Below are positions 40,097 through 51,800 of a stretch of DNA of 64,000 bases, piece after piece. The first letter of the stretch is position 1. Each line of letters begins with the position of its first letter. This DNA is from an uncultured delta proteobacterium (GTDB lineage Bacteria > Desulfobacterota > Binatia > Bin18), in NCBI GenBank assembly GCA_963733195.1, contig CAVTCR010000074.1, positions 106,551 to 170,550 of the forward strand. The letters run 5' to 3'. The translations under genes were made by a program, and so were the position numbers. A model generated the notes under the pieces. The model did no database searches. It worked only from the letters and a program-made list of their open reading frames with translations, and was not told the origin of the DNA.

Positions 40097-40683
40097 CGAA
40101 GATTCCTCGTCGGCTCGAAGAGCAGTTGATCCACGAGTTCACAGATAGTATGCCCAATGAGAATATGTACTTCTTGAATGCGTGGGGTGATAGGTGTCGC
40201 TGAGACACAGAGCAAGTGATCGACCTTCCCAACCATCTCTCCCCCATTGCCACCGGTCAAGCCAATAGTGCGAATACGTAGCTCCCGACACACGTCGAGG
40301 GCTCGGAGTACATTCGCAGAATTTCCACTAGTCGATAACGCAATGGCAATATCTCCAGGCCTTCCAAGCGCACGAATCTGCTTGGCAAAAAGGTCGGCTA
40401 CCCCGTAGTCATTCACAATAGAGGTCAACGCAGATGTATCAGTAGTTAAGGCAATGGCAGGAAGTGGTGGTCGTTCGATCAGATACCGATTGACGAATTC
40501 CGCTGCGATATGTTGAGCATCTGCGGCACTTCCACCATTACCAAACAGAAGAATTTTCCCGCCAGATTGGAGGACTTGCACGACTTCTTCAGTCGCACGG
40601 ACGAGTGCATCAGCACAGTCGTGAAGGAATTGCTGCTTAGCGGCAATACTGTCAGCAAAAATTGCAGCAATCGTTTGTTTCAT
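40093..40683 (-). CDS. gmhA: D-sedoheptulose-7-phosphate isomerase
   Basis: GNGGSAADAQH, STSGNS, RIQEVH. Confidence 0.95.
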   Translation of the reverse strand: MKQTIAAIFADSIAAKQQFLHDCADALVRATEEVVQVLQSGGKILLFGNGGSAADAQHIAAEFVNRYLIERPPLPAIALTTDTSALTSIVNDYGVADLFAKQIRALGRPGDIAIALSTSGNSANVLRALDVCRELRIRTIGLTGGNGGEMVGKVDHLLCVSATPITPRIQEVHILIGHTICELVDQLLFEPTRNLR

Positions 40684-40738
40684 CGTTGATAAATTTGATC
40701 TTAGGGAGCCGCGGAAACACCGTCAAGGCAAGAGTCTC

Positions 40739-40767
40739 TTGACAACTTTACACGTGCTCATTACAGT
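40739..40767 (+). promoter_or_regulatory. Sigma70-type promoter for 5S-tRNA-Gly unit
   Basis: TTGACA-17 bp-TACAGT, 19 bp upstream of 5S. Confidence 0.7.
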
Positions 40768-40785
40768 ACGCCGCACTGAGAATGT

Positions 40786-40903
40786 ACCCCGGTCTCAATG
40801 GCGGAGGGGCCACACCCGTTCCCATCCCGAACACGGCCGTTAAGCCCTCCAGCGCCGATGGTACTACGGTGTATGCCGTGGGAGAGTAGGACGAGGCCGG
40901 GGT
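40786..40903 (+). rRNA. rrf: 5S rRNA (stand-alone)
   Basis: Terminal helix accccgg/ccggggt; conserved cacccgttcccatcccgaacacgg, gttaagc, gccgatggtact, gggagagtagg. Confidence 0.95.
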
Positions 40904-40918
40904 TTCTCTTTTTGGTAA

Positions 40919-40990
<72 letters not shown>

Positions 40991-41014
40991 TCTGTAATAC
41001 CGCCTCGGCGTCTT

Positions 41015-41218
41015 ATGCGTACCACAGTTAAATGTCCTATCTGTCGACAAGAAACCTCGTGGCAAGGGAATCCCTACCGTCCCTTTTGTTCAGCCCGCTG
41101 TCGAACTACTGACCTCGGAGCGTGGGCCATGGATTCTTATCGTATTCCTGGGGAACAACCAATGGAAAACGACGAGAAAGAGACAGAACAACCCAAGACA
41201 GAACCTCGCAAAACGTAA
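41015..41218 (+). CDS. yacG: DNA gyrase inhibitor YacG
   Basis: CPIC...[15 protein letters not shown]. Confidence 0.92.
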   Translation: MRTTVKCPICRQETSWQGNPYRPFCSARCRTTDLGAWAMDSYRIPGEQPMENDEKETEQPKTEPRKT

Positions 41219-41267
41219 CCAGTCCCCTCCCCCTTACGTTTTCTGTAATACGTTTTATGTTTTCCCC

Positions 41268-42071
41268 ATGCCCATTCATCCCACCGCGATTATTGATCCC
41301 CGTGCAGAGCTTCATGCGGAAGCTGACATTGGTCCATACGTAGTAATCGACGGCACTGTACAGGTTGGCCGCGGCACACGGGTGCTCGCTCACGCCGTGC
41401 TCACAGGGTGGACCGAGATTGGTGAAGATAATGTTATTCATATGGGGGCTGTCATTGGTCATGAACCACAGGACCTAGCATACAAAGGTGCGCAGACCTT
41501 TCTGAAAATCGGCCATCGCAACACGTTTCGTGAGCACAGCCAGATCCATCGCGGCACGGTTGAAGGCAGCGCAACCGTCATTGGCAACGACAACTATTTC
41601 ATGCACCACTCTCACGCAGCTCATAATTGTCTCATCGGCAACAACACAATCATCGCCGGTGGGGCTTTACTTGCTGGGTATGTACAGGTTGAAGATCGAG
41701 CCTTTGTTTCCGGGAACTGCGTGGTTCATCAATTTGTCCGGATTGGTACCCTCGCTATTCTAAGAGGATTGTCACGTACCAGTCGTGACGTTCCGCCGTT
41801 CTGCATCATGGATGGCACCCATACAGTCCGAGGTATTAACCTCGTCGGATTACGCCGCAGTGGATTCAGTCGCGAGCGCGTCCATGCCCTACGCAATGCA
41901 TTTGCCAGACTCTTTCGTAAACGCGTGAATCTGAAGCAAGCAGTTGCTGAACTCCGAACCGAAACCGATTCAGCGGATGTGTTGTATCTGCTCGACTTCA
42001 TCGAGCAATCGAAGCGCGGTGTGTGTTTTGGTCCGAAGAATAATCAGCCAGAAGAGTCGAGTGAGGATTAG
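41268..42071 (+). CDS. lpxA: UDP-N-acetylglucosamine O-acyltransferase
   Basis: IHPTAII, hexapeptide repeats, PQDL, IHRGT, VHQFVRIG, DVPPF, NLVGLRR. Confidence 0.93.
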   Translation: MPIHPTAIIDPRAELHAEADIGPYVVIDGTVQVGRGTRVLAHAVLTGWTEIGEDNVIHMGAVIGHEPQDLAYKGAQTFLKIGHRNTFREHSQIHRGTVEGSATVIGNDNYFMHHSHAAHNCLIGNNTIIAGGALLAGYVQVEDRAFVSGNCVVHQFVRIGTLAILRGLSRTSRDVPPFCIMDGTHTVRGINLVGLRRSGFSRERVHALRNAFARLFRKRVNLKQAVAELRTETDSADVLYLLDFIEQSKRGVCFGPKNNQPEESSED

Positions 42072-42110
42072 AAGGCGGCGATCGGATTCGAACCGGTAAA
42101 TGGAGGTTTT
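42072..42110 (-). repeat. tRNA-Cys 3'-end copy 1 (outermost att, 2 mismatches)
   Basis: aaggcggcgatcggattcgaaccggtaaatggaggtttt vs tRNA-Cys at 54443+. Confidence 0.9.
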
Positions 42111-42204
42111 TGGGTTGTGCGTTCGTTTAACCCTACACCGCTCTTCTCTGTGTGAGGGGAGCGGACTCAGGAAAGGAGGCTATGCTGTACCCTCATGGAG
42201 CGGG

Positions 42205-43369
42205 TCAAAACGTCACTCCCATCTCCAGCTTAAACCCGCGTTCTGTTTGCTGGTTCGGCGCACGTTTGCTTTGCGTGAACGATCCGCCAAGGGAGACTTG
42301 GGAATTCAGCTGATAATTCCAAGAGAATGTCGCCTGCTCCCACTTCATCTGGGTGCCCGTCAATCGTTGCCCATATTGGTAATTCCCACTAGCAGCGAGC
42401 TGGGGACTGAGAAAGTCTAACCGCAGGTCCCCGCCGAGACTCCCTGTGAGCGTAGTCAGAAGAAACCGATTCGCTTCCGCCTTGTTCGTCTCCTCACCTA
42501 TGATGCTTCGTCCTTCACAGCTCACTGTGGGATGCCAGCGAAAGGCAACGACTTGCCACGGGTCATGGGTAAAGCGGTCGCTCGGGGGTGTCATCCAACT
42601 CAGCGTTCCGACGACTTCTCCTTTGGGTCTGATGTCTCGGGTGCTGGGGTTGATGGCATACTCGCCGTTCGTCGCCAGTACCATGCGCAGCTGCCCTTTG
42701 CTGGCGTTTCCTCTCTCCTCGTCTGTTCCCAGCATGCCGAGATACCGTCCGAACCGCGGCTGAAGAACGCTTGCGGGCAGCAGGGTCACGTGCGTACGCG
42801 TGGTTCCCTTGATCGCGTTGGTGGCCTGGTCTTTCTTCGTACTCCCGGCATGCACTTCCAGGCCGAGATCAAAGCCGCCGTCGATCGTCACCCCGTCATA
42901 CGTCTGTGCCAGCGCTCCTGCGGGTGCGACTCGCCAGACCTGATCCACCCGCGGGGGAGGGACTTTCTTCGCCGCTTGCCCAAGGGATCGCTTGGGGTAT
43001 CCGGGTGCCTTGACGGCGGAAACGACCGAGGAGTCACGACGTGTAAGTCTCTGGAACCAAGGGCCAACGAGATCTTGTACAGGCGCCGGTAACGCACGCA
43101 AAGGTGGACCTGAGGGGTAGGCTCGTTCGTTCGTGATCAACGTGGCAAGTGGCTCTTTGCGATCGTCTCCTTCGCTTCCGGGACAACGGGCGCACATGCT
43201 CAGCCACCCCTAAGAGGTCGTGCGCAGGCAAACGCAGCCCAGTGCTAGCTGCCTCCGTCCCGATTCGCGCGTTGGGCACCAGAGGACTGGGGACAAGCGC
43301 ATCAGCCAGGACATGGTGATGAGAAAGCAGAACAATGAAGCCAACGAGACCATAGACACGCCAGTGCAT
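42205..43369 (-). CDS. Hypothetical exported protein with outer-membrane-type C-terminus; frameshift around 43200
   Basis: Signal-like MHWRVYGLVGFIVLLSHHHVLADA (43034..43369 ORF) + 330-aa ORF ending in alternating strands ...GFKLEMGVTF. Confidence 0.5.
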
Positions 43370-43698
43370 GGGTTCCTCTCCAGCTTTGGCACCGCTTTAG
43401 TGGGGAGTGGGTCCTCTATTCACCCTAGCTGACACGAAGGGAGCGGAGCAAGTTTTCGTCCGCAGACTGTTGAGTGGGTCTCGCCCGACTCGCCGGGCAG
43501 GCAAACGGGAAGATTGCTCGCACGTATGAGAGCGCAGAATATGAAGGCCCTCACGGGCTAATCGGGATAGAAGAGGGAAACCCTGCTTCCACAGTCCCAA
43601 GGACTTGCACGATAACGCGGGCATGGCCCCAGACCTGCCTGCCCCTTCTTCCTTACACAATGCTTTGGACTAGGATGGAAACAAGGGGGGAAGCAGGT

Positions 43699-44115
43699 AT
43701 GACAGCAAAAGCCATTCTCTTGGTCGAGGACAGTGCTGCAGATGTCTATCTCATTCAGCGGGCAGTGAAAGACTGTGGCCAGGATATCCAGCTCTGGAGC
43801 ATGGCCGACGGGGCCGAAGCCCTTCAGTTTCTGCGCAAAGCCCACCCTGTAGCACACGTACCGACCCCTGCCCTCATTATCATAGACCTTCTTTTACCCA
43901 AGATGAGCGGTGCCCAGCTTCTTACGGAAATCCGTCAGCTGCCGGCCTATCAGGCGACCCCGATTATCATCCTCAGTAGGATGGATAAAGAGAGAGAAGA
44001 AGCGTTCTGTCTTCAACTGGGGGCCACCGCGTATGTGCAGAAATCATCGAACTTTTACGGCTTCTTTAACTCCATCAAGGCTCTCGTTGGAGCGCTGGGT
44101 CAGGTCAGAACGTGA
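43699..44115 (+). CDS. Single-domain response regulator (Rcp1/CheY-like)
   Basis: ILLVEDS, IIIDLLLPKMSG, GATAYVQK. Confidence 0.88.
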   Translation: MTAKAILLVEDSAADVYLIQRAVKDCGQDIQLWSMADGAEALQFLRKAHPVAHVPTPALIIIDLLLPKMSGAQLLTEIRQLPAYQATPIIILSRMDKEREEAFCLQLGATAYVQKSSNFYGFFNSIKALVGALGQVRT

Positions 44116-44338
44116 GAGGGATGAAGAGCAGTCTAACGGTAAAGGATGACCAGGGTCAGACGTTTCTGGAGCACACCAAGGTGGAAACCACGCCGGCTCT
44201 GTCGCACCCTTTCAACACCCTACGTTATGTGGGAAGAGAGAAGAGACAAACTCACCACATCTTGGAAGTAACCAATTGGTACTATCACCTGTGCGATAGA
44301 ACCACAGATCCTCAGAGAGAACAGAGAGGAGTGCGCGT

Positions 44339-44683
44339 ATGTTGATCTTGCTCATCCACTGGTTGTTGAGCGCCCTCAGTCTGATGATGGTCGCCGCTTT
44401 GATTCCCGGGTTTCAGGTGCAGAACTTCATGGCCGCGCTCCTCGCTGTTGTCGTCATCGGTTTGATCAATGCGACGTTGGGACTGCTCCTCAAAGTCCTG
44501 ACCTTCCCCCTGACGATTGTCACTTTTGGCTTGTTTCTGTTGGTCATCAATGCCCTCATGTTACGCTTCGCCGCCGCGTTTGTGCCTGGCTTTACGGTGA
44601 ACGGATTCCTGCCAGCTTTTTGGGGCGCGCTCGTCCTCGCGCTTGTCAGCATGGTCCTGCGTGCGGTCGTCTTGCAGAAATGA
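44339..44683 (+). CDS. Phage holin family 4-TM membrane protein (YvlD-like)
   Basis: LTFPLTIVTFGLFLLVINA, VPGF motifs. Confidence 0.85.
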   Translation: MLILLIHWLLSALSLMMVAALIPGFQVQNFMAALLAVVVIGLINATLGLLLKVLTFPLTIVTFGLFLLVINALMLRFAAAFVPGFTVNGFLPAFWGALVLALVSMVLRAVVLQK

Positions 44684-45026
44684 AAGGGGTGATAAGCTCC
44701 ACAACCCATCCGCCACCGGAGCTGGTGTCAGAGCAGAGAGAGTCTGCTAAACGAGCATTACGAACTGTTCCGACAACGATCTGACTGACGGCATTGTCAA
44801 CTTGTTAATGCGATTCCCGGCAAAGGTTGAGGAGCATCGAGCCGAGAGGATATAGGCAGTCGTGCGAGAACGACTCACGCCCTGGAGGTCTCGATGCCCT
44901 ATCCAAGAGCAGAGAAGCGGGTCAGATACTTTACTCAAGCCGTAGGTGGCCATTGATGAGGCGCTCAAAGTCCTGCATTCTCTACCCTACCCGATGCTCT
45001 TTCCGCTAACCCGTTGACACTTAAAT

Positions 45027-45071
45027 AAGGCGGCGACCGGATTCGAACCGGTGAATGGAGGTTTTGCAGAC
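45027..45071 (-). repeat. tRNA-Cys 3'-end copy 2 (45 bp, identical to intact gene)
   Basis: aaggcggcgaccggattcgaaccggtgaatggaggttttgcagac. Confidence 0.95.
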
Positions 45072-45117
45072 AAAAAACAGACTGTGATATAGAGGTAAAC
45101 AGAGAGTGATAGAAGAC

Positions 45118-45146
45118 GAAAAGGCCCGGAGTATCCGGGCTTTTTC
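45118..45146. terminator. Bidirectional hairpin terminator
   Basis: gaaaaggcccgga-gta-tccgggctttttc. Confidence 0.7.
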
Positions 45147-45241
45147 ACGCCTACTGTCTTCACTGTATTTCCCGTATTCGTTAGTCTCACACGTGAACAA
45201 CTACCCAAATAACTACCCTTGTGACTAACTGAGCGGTGGGG

Positions 45242-45500
45242 TTACGCTTACGATAGACTTCACGGCGATGGCCGATTTTGATCACCAGGACAAGCAGACT
45301 TGTCGTGGATCTCGTAAAGTACCCGATAGTCTCCCACCCGAAGACGGTGCACGTTCCCATCTCCCTTCAGCTTCTTAATACCTGAGGGCCGTGGGTTCAC
45401 TTCCAGCTGCGTAGGGCTTGACGATGCGTGTTTGGATGTAGGGGGAAAGAGCAGCGAGGTCACGCTTCGCCCGGTTTGACAGTTAGACCGTGTAGGCCAC
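45242..45500 (-). pseudogene. RelE/StbE family toxin (in-frame stop and frameshifts)
   Basis: MAYTV*LSNRAKRDL...NPRPSGIKKLKG..HRLRVGDYRVLYEI...HRREVY. Confidence 0.8.
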
Positions 45501-45502
45501 TG

Positions 45503-45766
45503 TTACGCTCTGATTCCCAACTCTTTCACATGTTCGTCAAGGGCGTGGTCTTGTCGCCTTCGGCTCGCATTCCTCTTTGGCGCACGAAAATCTTCTACGT
45601 CTAGCCGATCGTCCAATTCTTCCAAGCGGGCAAGGTCTTCTAGGGGGACCAGGGCAGCGACAGCCTTCCCACGGCGATGCACAACAACTCGTTCCCGCTT
45701 GGTCACTACGCGAGACAGGGAATGGGAGAAAGTTTCTTGGCGTTTTTGGGTAGTGGGACGGGGCAT
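45503..45766 (-). CDS. Phd/YefM family antitoxin
   Basis: ERVVVHRRGKAVAALVPLEDL; upstream of relE. Confidence 0.8.
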   Translation of the reverse strand: MPRPTTQKRQETFSHSLSRVVTKRERVVVHRRGKAVAALVPLEDLARLEELDDRLDVEDFRAPKRNASRRRQDHALDEHVKELGIRA

Positions 45767-45940
45767 AGGCTTTATCTCCTTGCAGCTTTGTGCCTTATAC
45801 CACAGAGAATACAAAGAGGAGAACAGTTCATTGGCCTATCGTTAGTTCCGCTTCCAGTGGATGCTCCTTACGAAAACGGCTCACACCACGAATGGTAAAC
45901 CCCAATACATTTCCTTGCTCATTCACGCGCTCCATCATAG

Positions 45941-46895
45941 GGTTGTGTCAACTTTCAGGCCAAGGACGCTGTACAAGAATATAACCCTCTTAGGGATCGA
46001 CTTCTTAGGCAACCGCCAATGTTGTCAAGATAATCCGCATCCGGCCCAAAGGAAGTGCCCGTTGCCACGCTAACGACATCGATTCATTCCGCTGTGACCG
46101 TACGCGGAAGACATGGCGCATCTCGTCGTAGACCCGACAAAACCGCGCTGCCGACACGACACTCTTGAAGCCCCCCATCGACCGCGTCCGCTGTTTGATT
46201 CCTCGATGGTCCTGCTCCAGATGATTATTCAAATAGCGGTTCGTGCGATGGGTCACGGCTTCCCCCAATTCCGCTTTGAAGGCGCCGGGGTATGAGCCAT
46301 GGCCAGCAGTCGTAACCCGGTCGGGACGACCTCGGTGACAGTTCGGGCAGAATGGAAGAATGCCTCGGCGGCTACCTGATCTTGTCGCTCGCTCAGCAAC
46401 ACATCGACCAGGTTATCGTCTCGATCAATAGCCCGATAGAGGTAGGCCCCGGGGCCCTTCACTTTGAGATAGGTCTCGCCACAATACCAGCTCCGTCCCC
46501 CCTGCCGTGCCGATGCTTGCGGAGGATCTCACTCAGCACGGGTGCCAGCTTGGCTTCCCACTCCCGCACCGCTTCGTGGGTGAAGATGAGGCCTCGCTCA
46601 AGGAACATCTCGGCCAAGTCGCGTAAGCTCAGTTTGTACCGGATACGCCACAGGATCACTAAACAGATGACATCCGTGGGGTACTGCAGGCGATTAAACA
46701 GCGTGCCCGTCCGTTCATTAAATCCCCCCTCGCAGGTCCGACAGCGAAAGCGTTGGTAGCCCAGCTCTGTACGTTCTGGGCGCTCGGTGATTGCGGACGA
46801 CTGGCAGTGAGGGCAGTCCATCCCACCTCCTCTCCGAAACCGAATCCTATCTCCTCCCACCAACTTCGCCAATTGGCACGCAACCTGACAGAACC
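45941..46895 (-). mobile_element. IS6-family element copy A (frameshifted transposase ~46005-46822)
   Basis: IRs ggttgtgtcaactt / ggttctgtcaggtt; CPHC..CRTC, LSLRDLAEMF, YLYRAID, NNHLEQDHRGIKQR. Confidence 0.88.
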
Positions 46896-46966
46896 CAGAA
46901 CAGAGGGCACCGTTGCCGATGCCCCCGTAAGACAACCCTGGGTGGTAATGGACGTGGTGTGAGCGG

Positions 46967-48358
46967 CTACGGTACTCTGTTCATTTCCACAAACCGCAAG
47001 GCTCGATCCAAGACGTCCGTCTGTACGTTAAAGATCCCTCCTCCAGTGTTTCCGACTGTACAAACACCCTCGGAGAGGCCGTTGACGCCATTAATAGTAC
47101 ACTGGCCGCAGATGGCATGAGGGATATTCATCCACGAGTTGGCCAGTTCGCCAGAAAGAACGAATGAACTGCGGGGCCCGCTTGTGGCTCTCCCCCAACG
47201 GTATTCTGGATACACACCTTCTGGTTATTGGCCGTACTAAAGGTGCTGTTCCAGGCATGCCAATCCCCTGGAACGTTAGGGAGCGGGTTATCGATGTCAT
47301 TGAACCATGCCAAGGTCCCATTTTCTCCATCTTGGCACGTCCCGTCGATGGGCGCCCCCAAGATTTTCACCGCGTTGAAGGCCGGGGCGTGCTCTAAACT
47401 CCTTGATCAAGCCCAGGGCCAGACAGCCGCCACGACTATGACCGGCAATAATAATTTGTTTCAGGTCCGCGGGGGTAACCTTGGTCTTCAGCCAATCGAA
47501 TAAGCCCTGGCGAATTTGGGCTCTATAGGGAGAACCCCAATCATACTGGTGATCAGGAAAAGCCACGGCAAAGGTGTTATTTGGATTGATATTCATACCC
47601 GGTGGTGCACCGAGTAATCGCCCGACAAACGACGCGGCGCTAAAGGCTTGCGTTCCACAATTCTAATCATTGCACGCATCTTGCCAGTGATTCGGCTGCC
47701 CCGTGATATTGCCGGGACCGCCCCCGACGACGCCGCCACTGCTCACTCCATTCTGCCCCGCCAGCGCAATCAGTAAGGTTCGGGTATTGGCCGCCGGAGG
47801 TTCCGCCCAGATGGCGTAGCGCGTGCGGTGGATCTCCCAATTCCCGACGCCGGCCGCGCGCAATTGCGGAATCGTGTCATGGTAACAATCGCAATACCCA
47901 ATGGCCCTGCCACTTATACGAGGCATTCGGGCAGACATTCGAACAGAAACCGGCATACGTGGTTTTCTCTGTCGCCCTCTGGATCAGGAGCGAAGGTCCC
48001 CAGCCAGAGGGCACTGGTCCCGTCTGGCGATCATAATCATATTGTCAGATCATACGATGTCAGTGATCCTAGTACGAAGGCTCGCCTCGGTACGCATCGG
48101 CTGGCTCATGATGGTTACAGGGGCTGGGCGGGAGTCTCGGCAAAAACGGGACACATGACGCAAGAAAAACCGCGCCAATACCCTAATTTTCATCGCCCAG
48201 GTGTCTGCTTATCATATCGACAAGCCGGGCGTAGGGGGCGAGGATTGCTCATGGCTACGCCTGGGGGAACCGCGAGCCGCAAAGCTCAGCAGCATCAGGG
48301 CGAACGTAGCGCGACGGCCCAGGAGCCCTTGTCCTGAGTGGTAATGCTGCGTTTTCAT
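46967..48358 (-). pseudogene. Secreted alpha/beta-hydrolase-like protein, heavily frameshifted
   Basis: Signal-like MKTQHY..RRATFALMLLSF at 48358; LLIALAGQ, IIIAGHSRGGCL (GxSxG), GAIDG and WH fragments across ORFs 47663..47956, 47297..47596, 47128..47370, 46967..47215. Confidence 0.55.
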
Positions 48359-48477
48359 TGAAGTCTCTCCTTTTAACCGAGCAGGGGCTAGAGTTGTAGG
48401 TGAAAGTCCTCGATAGTGCAAAAGCGGAAACTGACACTGGAAACGGCGATGGGCCGTTAGGCCTGCGGCGGTCTCTC

Positions 48478-48746
48478 TAGGTCCCGCGTGGTGACGACTC
48501 CTACGGTGGCTTCGCGCGGACGATGGTGAGTCACCTGCGTGCAAGAATGCCAGCGTTCCTCGGGCGAGTGAAAAGCGCGGAGCGCGGCCCGAGACCATAT
48601 GCTCGACCCGGCCGTTGACGCGCAGTGGCCGTGGCGGCCGTCGCCATCCGGAACTGCACGACAAAGGCCCGACGGGGCGACAGGAGCGACTCCTCGGCGG
48701 ATCCCAGGCGTGCTCGCCGTGCGAGGTACAAGCGTGATTCACTCAC
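48478..48746 (-). CDS. Small conserved-looking hypothetical (AFVVQFR...GRVEH..SG motif), frameshifted
   Basis: LSPRRAFVVQFRM (48531..48746 ORF) joined to GRVEHMVSGRA (48212..48742 ORF); end approximate. Confidence 0.55.
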
Positions 48747-48893
48747 TGATTGACATTTCTTTTCGTCATGTCGTCAGCCTACGCATCGCCGCCGTTGAAT
48801 GCGAGATGCACATGCGTTGAGTTTGCGTGGAGTTTGCGTTGATTTTCCGTTGAGTTTTCGCTACAAGAGCGGAGTCGAGCGGAAGGAGGCCAC

Positions 48894-51800
48894 GTGCCGT
48901 CGGAAACTCTCATTCTCTTTCCCCCGTTCCGTCTGGATGTGCTCAACGAGCAACTGTGGCGGGACAACGAATTGGTGCCTGTCCGGCCCAAACCCTTTGC
49001 GGTGTCTGGCCTACTTGGCGACGCATCCAGGCCGTTTGGTCACCGCGGCGGAACTGCGCAAAGCCGTGTGGCCGGACACCTATGTGGGCGAGGGCTTGTT
49101 GCGGGGCTACATTCGTGAGGTGCGGATCGTGTTGGGGGATGATCCCGAAGTGCCGCGGTTTATTGAGACGGTGCCCCGGCGCGGCTATCGGTTCCTCGCG
49201 GTAAGTAGCCAGTAGTCAGTAGTCAGGAGTTAGTAGTCAGAGAGTGCAGAGACTCGAGGCTAGAGACTGGCCTCTCCTCCTAGCCCCCAGCCTCCAGCCT
49301 CCGCCCTCAAATCTCGTGGGCCGCGACACTGAACTCCACAACTCCACAGGTGGTTAGAAAAAGCCTTGAGCGGGAGCGGCAGGTGGTGTTCGTGACGGGG
49401 AGCCAGGGATTGGCAAGACCACGCTGGTCGATGCCTTTCTTGCAGGCATTGGGCAACTGGGAGTTAGGCATCTGGAGAGCAAGATCATCACAGCTCAAAG
49501 CCAATCTCCAATCGCACTGAAGCCACTCCCTGATGCCCAAAGCCCAATCCCGTCCCAGTCCTTGGATTGCGCGCGGGCAATGCATCGAGCACTACGGCGC
49601 GGGCGAGGCGTATCTGCCCGTGTTGGAAGCGTTGGGGCAGCTCTGTCGGCAGCCGGGAGGAGAGCAGGTGATTGCGCTGCTCAGTCGCTATGCGCCGACG
49701 TGGCTGGTGCAGATGCCTGCGCTGATGAGTGATGCAGAGCTAGAGGCGCTACAACGCAAGGTGCAGGGAGCGACGCGGGAGCGGATGCTGCGGGAGATGG
49801 CGGAAGCGGTCGAGGCCCTGACGGCAGAGCACCCGCTGGTGTTGGTGCTGGAAGACTTGCACTGGAGCGATTATTCCACGCTGGACCTGCTCTCGTTGCT
49901 GGCCCAGCGCCGCGGGCCGGCGCGCTTGTTGCTGCTCGCGACGTATCGGCCCGCAGATGTCATCGTGAGTGGGCATCCGCTGAAAGCGATGAAGCAGGAA
50001 CTGCAGGTGCATGGGCAGTGTGAGGAGTTGCCGCTAGGGTTTTTGACTGCCGCAGAAGTCAGCCAGTATCTGGCCGCTCGGTTTCCCCAGCAGCAGTTCC
50101 CCGTCAGAGCTTGGGCCGGATCATTCACCGGAGTACCGAGGGGAACCCGTTGTTCATGGTCAATGTGGTGGACGATTGGGTGCGCCAGGAGTGCTGGTTG
50201 AAACTGACGGGCAGTGGCAGCTAGCGGCCAGGTCGAAGACCTGGCGGCGGGCGTGCCGGAGAGCCTGCGGCAGATGATCGAGAAGCAACTGGAGCGGCTG
50301 ACGCCGGAGGAGCAGCGTATGGTGGAAACGGCGAGTGTGGTGGGGGGCGAGTTTTCGACGGCCGCAGTGGCGGCAGGACTAGAGGAGAAGGGGGAGCGTG
50401 TCGAGGAGTGGTGTGAGGGATTAGCCAAGCGGGAACAATTCGTACGGGCGCGGGGAACGGAGACGTTAGCGGAGGGGACGGTGACAGGGCGCTACGGGTT
50501 TGTCCACGCGCTGTATCAGCAGGTGCTGTATGAGCGGCTGGCGGCGGTGCGGCGCATCCGTCTGCATCGGCGCATTGGCGAGTGGGAAGAGGGAGCGTAT
50601 GGCGCGCGGGTCAGCGAGGTGGCGGCAGAACTGGCGATGCACTTTGAGCGCGGGCAGGACTACGAGCGGGCGGTACAGTATTTGACCGCAAGCAGGGCAA
50701 AATGCCCTGCGGCGCTCCGCGCCCTCAGGAGGCGATTGACCTGCTCACCAAGGGATTGGAACTGCTGCAAGACGCTCCCGGACACCCCGAACGCCTCCAG
50801 CAAGAACTCGCCCTGCAAATCACGTTAGGCGTGCCGCTGTTGATGACCAAAGGTATGCGGCTCCGGAGGTGGAACACGCCTACGCCCGGGCGCGCGAGTT
50901 CTGCCAGCAGATGGGAGAAATCCTCAACTCTTCCCGGTGCTGTGCGGGACTGTGGGGTTTTCATCTCGTCCGGGCGGAGTCTACAGACGGCGCGGGAGCT
51001 GGGGGAGCAACTCTTCCGCTCGCGCAGACCATACGCAGACCCTGACTCTCTCGTGTGGGCCCACAGCATGCTAGGGTTACCTCTGTTCTGGCTCGGAGAG
51101 TTTGCCGGCTGCCCGCAAGCACTTGGAACGGGGGATCATCTATACGACTCCGCAGCTTCACCGGCTACCGCACTCTTGTGGCGCGCAAGACCCGAGATGA
51201 TTGTCTCTCGTATGCGCTGCAACGCTGTGGCGCTTGGGGTATCCGGATCAGGCTCGGAAGGAGATGCCACGAGGCGATCGCTTGGCCCAGGAATTCTCTC
51301 ATCCCTTTTACTTGGCGTTCGCTCTGACTTTGCCGCCTGGCTCTCATCATGTTCCTCCGCGAAGTGGCGAGTGGTCCAGGAGCACGCAGAAGAAGCTCAT
51401 GCAGCTCAGCAGAACAAGGCTTTCCGTACTGGTTGGCTGGGGAACTGTCCTGCAGAGGTTGGGACTGGTACAGCAGGACAGGAAGAGGCAGGGATAGCAA
51501 GATGCGTCAGGGGATGGACGCCGAGCACGGGAGCAGAGCTTGAGCAGGTCGTAATTCTTGCCCAACTGGCCGAGGCGTATGGAAAGATGGGACAGGAAGA
51601 GGAGGGCTTTCTTTGCTGGCTGAAGCGTAGCAGCGGGTGAACAAGACCGGAGAACGTTGGTATGAGGCGGAGCTGTATCGGCTCAAGGGGGAGCTGACGC
51701 TGCAGCAGTCAGGCAATCGAACAAGTCAAAGGACAAAAGTCAAGACAAGACAAAAGAACTTGTCAGTCCTGGGTTCCCAAATCCTGGCCCGAGCCTCCAA

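Noticed and set aside
44339-44683. Holin as evidence of a prophage lysis module
   Set aside because: No endolysin or structural genes nearby; this 4-TM family is common outside phages.
45027-45071. Additional tRNA-Cys genes at 42072, 45027 and 53623
   Set aside because: Only the 3' half is present; D-arm and 5' acceptor strand are missing.
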